A stretch of 64,000 nucleotides of DNA from Octopus vulgaris (taxonomy: Eukaryota): NCBI GenBank assembly GCA_951406725.2, contig OX597825.1, positions 88,164,001 through 88,228,000 on the forward strand, in the 5' to 3' direction. The position numbers and the translations under genes were made by a program. Under the pieces are notes generated by a model that had not been told where the DNA came from, made no database searches, and worked only from the letters and a program-made list of their open reading frames with translations. Numbering within the stretch: position 1 is the first letter of the stretch; each line of letters starts with the position of its first letter. Positions 24,098 to 37,100 of the stretch are shown piece by piece.

Positions 24098-25232
24098 TTG
24101 TTTTGCCTTGGTATAAAAGATGTGCTACAGCAAATATTCTGCTCAATACCACAGACGTCCTTGCAGTTACTTGACTTTAACCAACTGAGCATGTCTCTTA
24201 GTGGCTGACGATATGTGCATCTCTGATCACGAGAAAAAGTAGTTGTGGAGCGTCATAGTAATGTGTTGAGAGGGATTCTTTGGGGTTTGAACAGTTCACT
24301 TCTGGAAACATGAGTGTTTCATTGATCATCCTTAAAAGAAACCTCATTCAGGGACCTTTCGAGCAGGATGGGCTGTTGCTCGGGTTGAAGACAATTCTAA
24401 CTGGGCCCCACCTGCAAGGTCATGCACGGTTTATCTTCATGTCAGATCACTATGTCACGCACATATGGTCATGATGCATCTGTCTGGTGTAACCTTATCA
24501 GACGGGTAGTCATGCTGGGTATTTTGGGCTTCGTGTATTTGTACCCCTGTGTCACTTTGATGGCATGCACTGCTATCTCACTCAATAATAATAATAATAA
24601 TGATAATAATGATAATAATGATAATAACGTTAATAAATACCCTTATGCAGTACAAGACAGTGGCTTTTGTGGTTTCTGATCTAAAGTGATTTGAAGTGTT
24701 ATCATGTAAATTGTCTTGTCTTGGTATAAAAGATGGGCTACAGCAAATATTCTGCTCAGTACCACAGATTTGCTTGTCAGTTGCTAGACCTTAACCAGTT
24801 GACTATCTTACTTAGTGGCTGACGATATGTGCGTCTCTGATCATGAGTAGAATTAGTGGGGGAGCATCACAGCCGTGTCTTGAAAGGAATTCATAGAGGT
24901 TTGGATAATTCACATTTGGAAATATGGGTGGCTGGTTCAACATCCTTAAACAATCCTTATTCAGTGTCCTTTTCAGCGGGATGGGCTACTCGAGCAGAAG
25001 AAAATTCTAACTGGGCCCCACCTGCAAGGTCATGCGCTCTTTATCTTGATATGATATCACTATGTCGCGCACATATATGGTTGTGATGCATGTGCCTGGT
25101 GTACCCTTATCAGACGGGTAGTCATGATGGGTATAGTGGGCTTCGTATATTTTACCGCAGTGTCACTTTGATGGCATGCACTGCTCTCTCACTCAATAAT
25201 AATAATGATAATAATTATAATAATAATGATAG

Positions 25233-25316
<84 letters not shown>

Positions 25317-25363
25317 TGATAGCACTACTACTACTACTACTACTAATAATAATAATAATAATG

Positions 25364-25403
<40 letters not shown>
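24098..25403 (+). mobile_element. Two tandem copies (24098-24583 truncated; 24637-25194) of a ~560-bp non-coding repeat, each ending in (AAT)n
   Basis: Shared sequence ttggtataaaagatg.gctacagcaaatattctgctca...gtcactttgatggcatgcactgct.tctcactc(aat)n; also at 33712 and 47523. Confidence 0.85.
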
Positions 25404-25404
<1 letters not shown>

Positions 25405-25406
<2 letters not shown>

Positions 25407-25745
25407 CTCTGTACCTACTTAGAAGTAATGGTGGAAGAGAAATGATGCGGGTAGAACTGTGCTGTAAGCCGTCCAAAAAAAGCAATGAACTGGTACACAT
25501 CTAGAACAGAGGACTGGATGCAGTGTCTTGTGTGTAAAAATTAAAGCAGCAAAAAATATATTTTATTGTCAAGGAAGCTGGCAAATTCGCAAAAGGACTT
25601 GGCATTAAATCTGAATTAGATGAAGATTCTGCAAACACTGCCACAAAACAAGCTAAACTAATCAAACAGGCTGCAGAAGTAACGGACAGAAACAAGCTGA
25701 GGAGAAGCGGAGTCATAAGCCCATGCTTGGACAGGATAAGAGATC
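25405..25745 (+). pseudogene. R4/Dong-type retrotransposon fragment directly after (AAT)n
   Basis: LYLLRSNGGR...IVKEAGKF...KPMLGQ parallels LYIQRIEGGRG...VFKEADKY...KPLHGK of ORF 42557-43843. Confidence 0.6.
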
Positions 25746-25747
25746 TG

Positions 25748-26520
25748 ATCAATAAGTATCGGGACTGTTGCTATAGTAACAAAGCTAAAGAACGCAAAGT
25801 GAGGCTGCTGGGTACAGATTGACCCTGAACTGTGCAGTGCATGTGCGGTAAGTTTTAATACTCTACCTCACTTCCGCTGTTTACAGCAATGCATGTAAGG
25901 AAGGTGTGTAGCTTGTGATTGTCGCATTGACCAAGACAGAAAGTTTAGCAGAGAATTTGCATCGAATTTTGCCAAAAGCTTAGTGATCCCTGCTCAGAGG
26001 CCTACGGAAAGTTTTCACAGAGTTTTCATCGTTCTCGACACAACGACATTTTGTGCAACTGAAACCGGAGTGTCGTCTTGGTCAGCTGAAAGCAGTTTCG
26101 GCACTGACTTGGCAGACATGCGTCTTATTCCTTGATCTTCAGAGATAATGGACTGAATGGAACCATAACTAATCTGAACATCCTCGAATAACTCACGGAT
26201 TGTGATTAGACAATTTCCCCTCCCTGCTGCATGCAAATCTGCAATATTTTTCTCAGTCCTGTTGGTTGCGTGTCTCTCAGAACGTTTGTCACTATCGACA
26301 TCTTTCGGCCATCTTGGAAACGTCTGGAAGGTCGTACACTTGTATGCGGCTCATACACTCCTCTCCATACACTTACTGCATCTTTGCGTAGGCCTGTGAG
26401 CACATATCACCGAGACAATTTTCTCTTTCAGGACAATCACACGCTACACATCTTCCGTTTAAGCACTGCTGTAAACAGCAGAAGTGAACTAGCATGTCAA
26501 AACGTTTTGCATCTGCACAA
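25748..26520. mobile_element. Mariner-type transposon relic: two inverted left-end pieces
   Basis: Plus strand QRICIEFCQKLSDPCSEAYGK (~25948). Minus strand RRFQDGR and IRELFEDVQISYGSIQSIISED..IRRMSAKSVPKLL (WVPH/HTH region). cacttc.gctgtttacagca occurs on both strands. Confidence 0.75.
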
Positions 26521-26709
26521 CAGAGTACGAGGTAAATGTATCCATTTAAATGTCTGTGTTGTATTACATGAAAATATTTCGCTACTGCGCCTGCCCCATT
26601 CTCTTCCCAAGCTTTCAGGCATACTCTAACATCTCTCAGCCTACACTCGCCCTGGGACGCAGGGTGTGACTCGACGAGTGATTGTAACAGATATGCAGAT
26701 TTAAAGTAC

Positions 26710-26758
<49 letters not shown>

Positions 26759-26812
26759 TAATAAATATAATAACAATTATCGTTTTATTTCGTTATTTGC
26801 CTGCATAGACCT

Positions 26813-26974
26813 AGGAGTGTCTGTTTGGTAAGTAGCTTGCTTACGATCTACATGGTTCCGGATTCAGTCCCAATGCGTGGCACCTTGGGCAAGTGTTTTC
26901 TTCTGTAGCCTCCGGTTAACCAAAGCCTTGTGAGTGGATTTGGTAGACAGAAACTGAAAGAAGCCCATCGTATG

Positions 26975-27033
<59 letters not shown>

Positions 27034-27257
27034 TGCTGTGTGTGTGTATGTTTGTGTGACTGTGTTTTCCCCCGCCCCAACGTCGCTTGACAACCGATGG
27101 TGGTGTGTTTAAATCCCCGTAACTTAAGCGGTTCGGCAAAAACAAAACGATGAATAAGGATTAGGCATACACTGAATAAGTCCTGGGGTCGATTTGCTCG
27201 ACTACAGGCGGTGCTCCAGCATGGTCACAGTCAAATGAATGAAACAAGTAAAAGAGT
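26813..27257 (+). mobile_element. SINE family A, near full length, with internal (TA)n(TG)n
   Basis: tggtaagtagcttgc...ttcagtccc...caccttgggcaagtg...ggtgctccagcatgg...gaaacaagtaaaaga. Confidence 0.9.
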
Positions 27258-27784
27258 ATTACATGATGATATTTTCTACAGTTGCTCAAATGTGACGTAC
27301 AATGAAAATATACGTTTGTGGCAAAGACCCACACATCAGCTTGAATGTTAATTGCACACAGGCATACACGCATGCGTAACCAGACACACAAACACACACA
27401 CAGACGCATCCACACACGTATATACCTAAACGCACACGAACGTACGCACACATACTCACACATATCCACGCATGCATAGACACTGTGTGATACTGTGCAG
27501 GCAGCTGCCGGCGAGCACGCATACACACGCACACACTCATACATGCACACACATTTAAACACACGCTCGCGAAGTAGTTCCAGACCATTACTAATCATTA
27601 TTTTTTTTGTATTGGTATTCTCTCTCCGTTTGCGTAAAGAAACTTTTGCTATTTTGATGTGTTTTCTCTTTAGCGGATGTTGAACTGAAATACTACTTCC
27701 TGTTGGCATTTTGTCCTTTTTGAAATATTCCAATATGAATATAATATAACATTCATTTTTGTGTGAGAATGTGAGAGGATTTAT

Positions 27785-27818
<34 letters not shown>

Positions 27819-27835
27819 GTATATATATATATACA

Positions 27836-28711
27836 CGGAAATACTGGACGATGAAATAAGTGCTCAACACTGCATTGGTAGATGATGTATAATTGCTTTA
27901 GTTCTGACTTAAGACTACCATTGTTTTCATGTTGAGAAAACTAGGAAAATATTCTGGCGTCTTAAATATTTTCAAGCCGATCACATTGAGAAAAGTGTTC
28001 GCCTTCAGTTTTGAAAACTGTTTCACCTCGTTCAGGGATTTCGCCAAAATTTGCGGAAATAAAACAATGAATCACTGAACGTTACTCGTAGCAACAATGA
28101 ATCACTGAACGTTACTCGTGAGTAGCATCTTTTGGATGTTTGTCTCCCTCGGATTTGTGTTTTGGGTAAATTTTTTGTAGTTAATTTGTTTGCATCAGCT
28201 GTTTTGTTCTGTACTTGTATGTTGAGGTATTTCGTCATTGGTTCATATTTCTTCTCTGTGTGAAGCTTGAGTTCTATGTATCTTGGTAGAGTTACCCTCG
28301 TTTATAGGAGCTCGTCTTTGAAATATCTGAGTGTAAAACATTGCATGTGTATGTAAACAGAAACGTTCATCCCTAATGTTTAAGATGTTAACTATTGATT
28401 GTATAATGTTTAATTTTTCAGCAATACAGAGTTCACATTTGTTACCTCGTACTCTGTATTTCTTGGTTTTAGCAATCATTTTCCAATCTACCTGGGGGTT
28501 CCTTATTCCACCTTCTTTCAATGTCTATATTGTATTTGTTAGGCATGTCGCATGTTTCTTGTTTTTCTCTCTAAATGATACAAGATGTTGTGTATTCCCT
28601 TCTTTGAACGAGTTACCCCTCATTCCGATATACATTTTTCCTATTCCGTTAGGGTCTATGATTTTCGCCTTGTATGGGAATTCTTTCTCGTACACACACA
28701 CACACACATGC

Positions 28712-28748
<37 letters not shown>

Positions 28749-28930
28749 CTGTGTTGGAATCGGAATTGTCTTTAGTAAAACGTGGTTAATGAAAATATGA
28801 TGCCACCTTTTTTTCTCTCCATGAAATAGATAATAACAATTCTTCTTATTTCGTCAAGTGATTTTAAATTGCTCGGTAGGGGCGGGCAATAAACACATAG
28901 ATTCGTTTCGCATATTTATTGAAATATTGT
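27836..28930 (-). mobile_element. Penelope-like element 3' part (GIY-YIG endonuclease 28243-28690 plus pLTR-like tail)
   Basis: YKAKII...KMYIGMRGNSFKE..TQHLVSFR...ATCL and WKMI...KCELCIAEKLNII...LNIRDE...CLH. Ends in (TA)n at ~27835. Confidence 0.85.
28001..28040 (-). ncRNA. Degenerate minimal hammerhead-like motif in Penelope tail
   Basis: AAUCC CUGAACGA GGU GAAA CAGUUUU C AAAACUG AA GG. Core-like boxes and a palindromic stem III are present; the cleavage triplet is mutated and there is no real stem II. Confidence 0.4.
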
Positions 28931-30916
28931 GCTTTTGCCTAAATGACTAAACATTTCATCTTTATCATGGAGGAGAAAGAACACACTTTTAAGCCGTTCA
29001 TCTTCAATGGCCAATTTGACAAAAGCTTCAAGGATTTCTCAATAAGAAGGTGATTTGGAAATATTGGCAGAACATAGCAAACGGAGTTAAATGGCTTAGG
29101 AGGTCTAATATGCGGAATCAAAGTAAGAAAATCTTCATAAGTCGTCAACAAAACAAAATGAAAGTAAAGAAGAAACGTACAATCATGTTCAGAACGCAAC
29201 GCCACCTATGAAACAAGAAGAATGAAAAAGGAAGGCAAATGTAAGACTGTACCGCATTGTAATTGAGAATAGATGTAGATTATGGATTTGCTGCATTTCC
29301 CTTCACTGATTGAATGCATAGAACACGTGTGCATTCTGTAAGTGGAAAACAACATCTCTAATTCCTGATCTTCAAATGAGGTAAAATTACAACTGAAACC
29401 GAGGCTTCAACGACCACATTAAACAATTCTCGATAGACAGCGTTATCAAATTATTTTCTTTCTAAAGTAAAATATAAGTCTTGTTTCCAGATGAATGATT
29501 TGAAATGAATGCTGTTGTAAATGAATTTGGGTAATTAAAATGTAAGCTTATCTTGACGTGGAGAAAGCCTTAATTAACTGTTAAATGCTAATCATAATTA
29601 GCCGCAGATATATTTCCAGTTAACAAAGTAGGGACAGATAGATTTGTTGTAATAATTCTTTCGGTGTTTCAGGAGAAGATGTCTTTGATATTCAGGATAA
29701 ATTACTCCAGCACAAGAACCCTACTAAGTATTTTAGAATTTGTCACATACCTTTATGATTTTGAGCTCGCTCAGTATTCCACCCTCTTACACGAGGGTAG
29801 ATTACTAAGATATTTACGGAAAATATTGGAGGATGTGTACATCAAAATATCTAGGAAATATAAGGAAAAACCTCGTCTATAGAGATCGGTTCGAGGCTGA
29901 TAAAATTCTGCTGAAAAACATCAACTATTATGTTACCGTGGACTTTGTTCTTAGTAAAATGTATTATATTGTAGATCGGCACTAAAAAGAAATTACGAAG
30001 TTAATAAATATATACAAAATGTGTTCTGTTTTCGATCTAATGTATAATACTTATCTACCAAATGTGAGGACGTGTGCGTGACATTTCAACATTGAATAGG
30101 CTGTTGTCAGTAAAAGCAAATTGTGAATTCATAGTTTCTAAAGGATGTATTCAAACGCCACCCAATCATATTTCCGGTGCTTCTATGTTCGGCACAGAAT
30201 CTACATTCCAAGGCTAGAGCTCATACTTATCGCAGAATATTGCAAATGTTTCAAATATGACTATGCTCAGTTGTCAAAATAGTTATTTTTAACGTCAATT
30301 ATATTATTTTCAATAGACGTCCGTAGTTTTTCTCTAAATATTGATGCTCAGAACGCCCATGCAGGTATTTTACCAGTTACAGTATGATTTACGATGGTTT
30401 CCTTGTGTAATTCTTTCTTTTAGATTCCACTGTTAGGAACATATATCATAACACGTTGTGCACCACACAAACGGTTTCAGTGGATTTCGTGAGGGCGCTA
30501 TATTTTATAAAGTCAATTTTGTAATGGTTTTGCTGTGCCATTCATTCCTCCAGATTCTCTAATGCAATTACAATTACTCGATATTGTGTTAATGGACAAT
30601 GCTTTACCTGCCAACAGTATTTGTTGTTGAGCCAATATTCGAAATTTTAGGATCGATCAGAACGGATATGGATGCTTGAGTAACGGTCAGCATGACATGC
30701 AGTAATTACTTTGTCCTGCAATGTTGACTTCGCATTGAATGGATTTCAATTCCAACAAATGAGTACCCCTCACAGAAAAGTGTCAATTATTGAAACAACT
30801 ACGACTACATCTCCGTTCTGGTGCTCTGGACTGCCAATGCTGCTGCTGCTGCTGCTGCTACTACTACTGCTACTACTACTACTACTACTACTACTAATAC
30901 TACTACTACTACTACT

Positions 30917-31300
30917 AAGGCAGAGGGCTGGTAGAAACGTTAATACACCAAAATGCATAGCAGCAATGCATGTTCCTTTGAGGTCGGCTCTGCCTTTCAA
31001 CTACTGGGACTCAATAGAATAAGTACCAGATGAGTGTTGGGGTCGATGCAAACGACTGACCACCACTGGTTAAAAATGTCAGGTGTTGAGCCAATTGTAG
31101 AAAGGGATATTATTGCAATTACTAAGTAGGTGAGCTGACAGAACTGAGTGACAAAATGCTCAGTGGCTTATTTTCTGACAGTACTTCTGAGTTCAAATTC
31201 CGCCGTGGTCGGCCGTACCTTTCATCCTTTCCAGATCGATAAATTAATTCCCAGCGAACTATTACGGTGGATGTGATTGACTTCTCTTCCCTTCATAAAC
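30917..31300 (+). mobile_element. Two degenerate tandem SINE family B copies after (CTG)n(CTA)n
   Basis: aaggcagagggctggtagaaacgttaa and ctgagttcaaattccgccg...ctttcatcctttc. Confidence 0.65.
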
Positions 31301-31598
31301 AAACGGAAAGCTGTTTACGACAGTTTGAAATCATTGTCATTAGGTTTCTATTTAACTCAGGTGTTGCTGAAACTCCTAATATCTTACGGACCTACTACCT
31401 GCAATCTACGACACAATGAAACTTATTTGAATGTTTTACAATCTGATACATTTCTGACTAGCCTGGTCTTTCTCAGGAGACAAACGTTTTCAAAACCTCT
31501 TCCAGACACTCTATTCCAATTTCCGTTGTGTTATGTTTTAAACTTCCAGTCGGGCTATCTTATAGTTAGAAGAACCGTGTACGTAATATTTCTGCCAG

Positions 31599-31665
<67 letters not shown>

Positions 31666-32002
31666 TATGTTTGACTTTTGCTTTATATTTGTACAAGTTG
31701 GCTCCAAGTCTCACTCAGAGACCCCAAGAGACAATAGGTTGGAAGTTCACGTTGTTGTTATGCCTAGTGTGCCATATATTTGGTTGTTTTTTTGTGTTGT
31801 ACTAGTGGATGTCTAAAAAAATGTTTGTTTTAAACCTTGAGATTACATAGAAAGTATTTTGCGTAGGATATGAGCAGTTCCCATGAGCACTATCTTTTGA
31901 ATTTCTGCCATTTTGGGGTTTCCTGGTATCTGAGTTAGGTAGCAATCAGCCCCTTTTGCTATCATTCCCAGGGCACCTATGACGACAGGTATTGTTTTAG
32001 TC
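31599..32002 (-). mobile_element. R4/Dong-type 3' end (subfamily 2) with (TAA)n tail
   Basis: TKTIPVVIGALGMI...EIQKIVLMGTAHILRKILSM*, followed by 3'UTR and (TAA)n. Confidence 0.8.
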
Positions 32003-32333
32003 TTATTATTATTATTGTTATTATTCAGTAGTTTTATTTTTATAGCGTGCTTTCACTTCACTACCGAGCGCAGCTCTGTGTGCCTTGGGTATGTGCTGTG
32101 ATTTGTTGTGATGCTCTGATGGTTATTGTATGGAAAGTGTTCTACGTAGGATGTGTGCAGTGCCTAGTAGTGCAATTTTCTGTATGTTATATGTGTTTGT
32201 AAGTCCTGGTGTTTTTGTTATGTATTTGTCTGAATATTTTTTTATCATGCCTAATGCACCTACTATGATAGGAATTGTTTCTGTTTTCAGATTCCACATT
32301 CTAGTTACCTCTATTTCCAGGTCTTTGTATTTT
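32003..32333 (-). mobile_element. R4/Dong-type 3' end (same subfamily as the 42-46 kb copies)
   Basis: Near-identical to 42172-42500; short (TAA)n tail. Confidence 0.9.
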
Positions 32334-32401
32334 TCTTCTTCTTCTTCTTCTATCTTCTTCTTCTTCTTCTTCTTCTTCTTCTTCTTCTTCTTCTTCTTCT
32401 T

Positions 32402-32429
<28 letters not shown>

Positions 32430-32475
<46 letters not shown>

Positions 32476-33640
32476 ATCAAACCTCACTGCTTATTTTGGT
32501 GGGTATGATGGAGGGTGGCCTCTATATACAGCCAGCAGGCTAAGGTGACACTTAATTACTGGTCTTGCTTCAACAACCCTGATAAGAATTCTTGCAGTTC
32601 CAAGCAATGCTTATTTTTGTAGTTGTTCTACCTTCAAACTCGCACCAATCTATTTTAGCCATTTTGGTAGTTGAGTGCTGATACTTCCAAGTGCACCAAT
32701 TACAATTGGTATCACGTCTACTCTCTTCATTGACCACAACCATCGTATATATCCCACTTCAAATCGTCCTACTTGTTTATTTTTTCTTCTTTCACATTGA
32801 TCCTGCTGCCACTGGGGTCAGTGCTACGTCGATTGCCATACATGTTCTTTCTTTTTTATTGACCTCAACAATATCCGTTTTCCGATGTCCGATCGGTTGC
32901 TCGCACCGGATCATTTCATCCCACAGGATTGGGCAATATTCATTTTCGGTGATTCCTTCTGGTGTTTCTTCGTACCACATCTTTGCTATTTGTGGGCCTT
33001 GATTTCCAGAGAGCTCCCAATCGATCATTATTGCCACATTGTCATGGCGTCTTTTCTATTCGTGTTGTACCTATTTCGGACATTTCGCTAACTATATACC
33101 ATTCCGTTTCACCAATCTCACCACACATTCTGCATTTGTAGCTATCGCTATTGTTGTCTATTGTGCACTTTATAAAGTTGGTCCTTAACGCTTGTCCCTA
33201 AGCTGCGCATATGAGTACTTCTGTCTCTATCTTCACGTCACCCCACCTCATGCATAGCAACGGATCCTCTGTATATGACTTGGTGTTCATATCTCTTGCA
33301 AACTGGCCGTACATTTTTATCTGTCCATGCTTTTCTTTCCTGTTTCTTGTTCATGTTCTGTTTAAAGTGTTCTTTCGATGCTCAATTTTTAGTTCTGGCG
33401 ACGTCGGGCTTCTTCGTGTGTTTCAACAGTGGCTCCCCGGCATTTTTCTATATACGACTCTCAGTTGTTTTTCTCTGCTCCGATACAGTTCTAGAAACAG
33501 GTCAAAACTCTTCCACCTTTACTTCTGGACGCGTACAGCCTATCGGTGTCACTCTGTCGATGGAAGTTTCCGTGTACTATCAACATTGTTCTGGCTTTGG
33601 TATCCGTTTTCATCACTTATCTATTTTGCCATTTTATAAC
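32430..33640 (-). mobile_element. R4/Dong-type decayed copy (subfamily 3)
   Basis: WYEETPE..TENE...ILWD...RKTDIV...MAIDVA and ALLGTARIL. (TAA)n tail at 32430-32473. Confidence 0.8.
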
Positions 33641-33665
33641 AACAACAACAACAACAATAATAGTA

Positions 33666-33711
<46 letters not shown>

Positions 33712-33714
<3 letters not shown>

Positions 33715-34012
33715 CCCTGATGCAGCAGTACCATGCAGTGGCTCGCATGGCTTTTTATCTTAACTGATTGGAAATGTTTTCATAAAAATTGTTTTGTCTT
33801 GATATAAAAGATGAGCTACAACAAATATTCTGCTCAATACCACAGATTTGCTTAACCAGTTTGGCATGTCCCTTGGTGGCTGACGATATGTGCATCTCTG
33901 ATCACGAGCGGAATTAGTGGGGGAGGGTCATAGCCATGTGTTGAGAGGAATTCTTTGATGTTTAGAAAATTCACCTTTGGAAACATAGGTATTTTGTTCA
34001 ACATCCTTAAAA
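33712..34012 (+). mobile_element. 5' half of the (AAT)n-associated 560-bp repeat
   Basis: ataccctgatgcag...ttgatataaaagatgagctacaacaaatattctgctcaataccacag, starting directly after (AAT)n. Confidence 0.8.
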
Positions 34013-34479
34013 CGAAAGGAATGCGACAATTGACACGAATTGATTCGCAGAGGCAGAGACGGCGAGTTTACTGCCCAACTCGACTGTCATCATATATCAT
34101 TAAAGAATATGGTGAAATTGTGAACAAAGTGGATATCCGGAAGTTGGCAATCTATTTGAATAGACGTTCGTAAGTCGTCGTTGAACTTTTGAAAGTGCTT
34201 CAAGCCAAAGATGATGTATTTTCTTCCAAAACTGATAACGCCTGATTGTACGTGATTCTATCTTCATGATCCGAACATTGACACCGTTGGATTTGTTTAC
34301 GAACTCAACTTAAGGATTGCAAAGATGTTCTGGGTCCGACTTCGGAATGTGCTCCTTTATGTTTCGTTGTAATGTGTCAGTTGTATTTTTATTAATAATC
34401 CATTTTTTCATGCTGCTAATACTCCGAATAACCTGATTAGTTGGTAATATAAGGCTTATGAAAACACGTTCACCTTTAC

Positions 34480-34990
34480 GATGTGAGTTCAAATTTCGCC
34501 GAGGTAAACATTGCCTTTCATCTTTTCAGGATCGATGAAATAATACCAGTTGATCGCTGGGGTCGCCGTAATCAGTTTAGCCCCATCCACCATGAAATTG
34601 CTGGTGTTGTGCCAAACTTTGAAACCAATATATTCGTTAGGCTACATTTTCTGACGGCCTTTATCTAACCATGTCGACCACTGTACTTGTCTGTTACCTT
34701 TTGTGTTAATTCTGAATAAATGAACAGCAAAGATCGTCTCAACGGAATTTGAACTGCGAATGTAAAGATCCGGAAGTAATGCCACGAGCCATGTTGCTCG
34801 ACGCTCTAAGGACTCTATCAATCGAATGATGACTTTAATAACATCACAAAGACAACATTTCTTCGGAGTGGTAGAGAAATCGATTAAATCAATCCTAGTA
34901 ATTGACTAATACATTAGTTTATCGATCGGAGAATTATGAAAAGGAAAGCTGACCTTGTCGGGCTTTGAATGCTGGACATAACAAAAAAGA
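34480..34990. mobile_element. Cluster of degenerate SINE family B pieces in both orientations
   Basis: gagttcaaatttcgccgagg...gcctttcatc (plus); aacggaatttgaact (minus). Confidence 0.55.
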
Positions 34991-37067
34991 CAATACTTAG
35001 AACGTATTGAACGTAATGCATTTTCTCGATGCTGTCCTCCTGCAGATTATGAAAGAATAATAAAAGATAGAAATATATGAGAGACAGCAAAAAAAAAATG
35101 GACTAAAGAAAATATGTTTTGTATTTATGAATGAGCAAAAGTGATATAAAATAACGATACTTAAATGAAAACTTTGTTCTTGATATTATTAATTAGAATA
35201 CAATTAAATGCTAAAACTTAAATCTCACTGTAAGTTCTGCTGAGGATTGATATCAAATGGCAGTAATTATAATACATTACAATTATCGTATATCAAATGA
35301 TAGTATAATATAATTAGATAATAATGTGGCAATTTACTGATACAAGTACAGTATAAATAAGCATAAATGTATCAAGGAATCAAATACCACCCGCACGATA
35401 TTTAATAACACCAGAATGTTGTGTTCGAATCTAAAGGCGGAAGCGTTACGTATATTTAGAAGCATTTTGCAGGAGTTTAACTTCGTAATATATTTTTGAA
35501 AAGATAAATTAAAAATTGAAAATTTCTTGAAGCATGAAATCAATTATCAAAAATGATAAAAATGTAAAGTTAAAATTACTAATTAAGGAACTTTTGAACC
35601 GAAGACGTAACTGGACTGTGAACGCGACGAGCACTTAAATAGGAAGTGAATTCGAAATAGATTTTAAAATTGAAGATGGTAGGAGAAAACAGAATAATGC
35701 TGGAAAACAGATCTTGAAGACAAAATTTGAAATGAGATTGAAGAATCGTTAAATAATAAATAGGAAGGTAAAACAACACAGGCCCGGATAGTAACTCGTA
35801 ACGATTAATAAAAAGTGAGCAATGCGAACATGCTGTTGTTTGCATATGGCTGGTTGCACGCATATTGTAAACCGATGATAATGCTACCATACGTATACGA
35901 CGATTCCTCTCAATACTGTATAATATCGACTGAAAGTAAAGTAGTAGAAACATCATCGGTGACAATATTTGGAGGTAGAAAAAGAACGCGAAAAGATGCA
36001 AGGCTGTGACAGGAATAAAAGGAAATATTGCCTGCACCAAGATCAAAGGAAGCTATAAAACAAATTGATGCTGGTAGACAGACTATTCACCTTAGATTTA
36101 AATATTTCTAAAAGAATCGGTGCAATAGTACAAATCTGGAAACGGGGCACTGTAAATGCGAATATGGAATGAAAAGTAGCCTGGTATTAAATAGCTTGCA
36201 GCAGGAAAAACAGCGATAAAGACAAAGAAATACAGATCAGAACTGTCAAGGCATACACTTAGAGATATCCCTTAGTACTTCATTTGAAACGGCATCCGTA
36301 ATACGTGCTCCGTCATTAGTAAAAATATATCTGTAAAATATACGCAGAACATTACAAACTGCTGTGAAGTACAAAAACAAACCATCATGATCAAAGCTTA
36401 TGTGTAAGAGCGGTGATATGGATCCACTTTTAAGTAATATATCATGACCTCCTAGTTTTGGATACTTGTATGCATGGAATTATTCGATTCTGTAGAATAT
36501 GGACATTCGATGAGATGTACATAGCTTTGAGGTTTGAGAGAAATCTGATTAGAAACCAAGATATAAAAAAATATATCTTCGGAAAATATTTTGTTTGATA
36601 ATCATTTTATGTTCTCTGTTATATGGTGAACGACATCAAACGAAAGTAGGTCTCTTCGGACGTAATTATGAATTACTCCTCTAGTGTATAAGAATGCCAT
36701 AACATTCTACACCAAATTTATTGAAGGAAGAAATTCTTTCAAAACATATGAGATCTTTTATCAAGGAGATAAAGATGTAGATTGATAGTGGAAAATTGGA
36801 AAAGCACAAGGATTGTAATAAGGCTAGAAATAGGAGCAATAAAATGTGTGTTAGAAGCTGAGACACGCAAGCATTTGACTGACTGTCGTACGAGTCTCCT
36901 GTTGCAGAAGAAGAAATTTAAATGTTACGTTCGAAAATAATATAAAATGAGAAAAGGTGATCTCTTGAAACTCAATCTAAATCGAAGACAGAATAATTTG
37001 GCTTGTAAGAAAATGGTAAATTACACATCTGCAGCCTTTATTCAGTAGGCACAACCTATACTAGGTA

Positions 37068-37100
<33 letters not shown>

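Noticed and set aside
24637-24720. HDV-like ribozyme at the 5' end of the (AAT)n-associated repeat
   Set aside because: Could not build the nested double pseudoknot by eye
25090-25504. Poly-N/T/I/L ORFs (also 30711, 31277, 32130, 61408)
   Set aside because: Trinucleotide repeat read-through; the 32130 and 42295 ORFs are antisense to Dong
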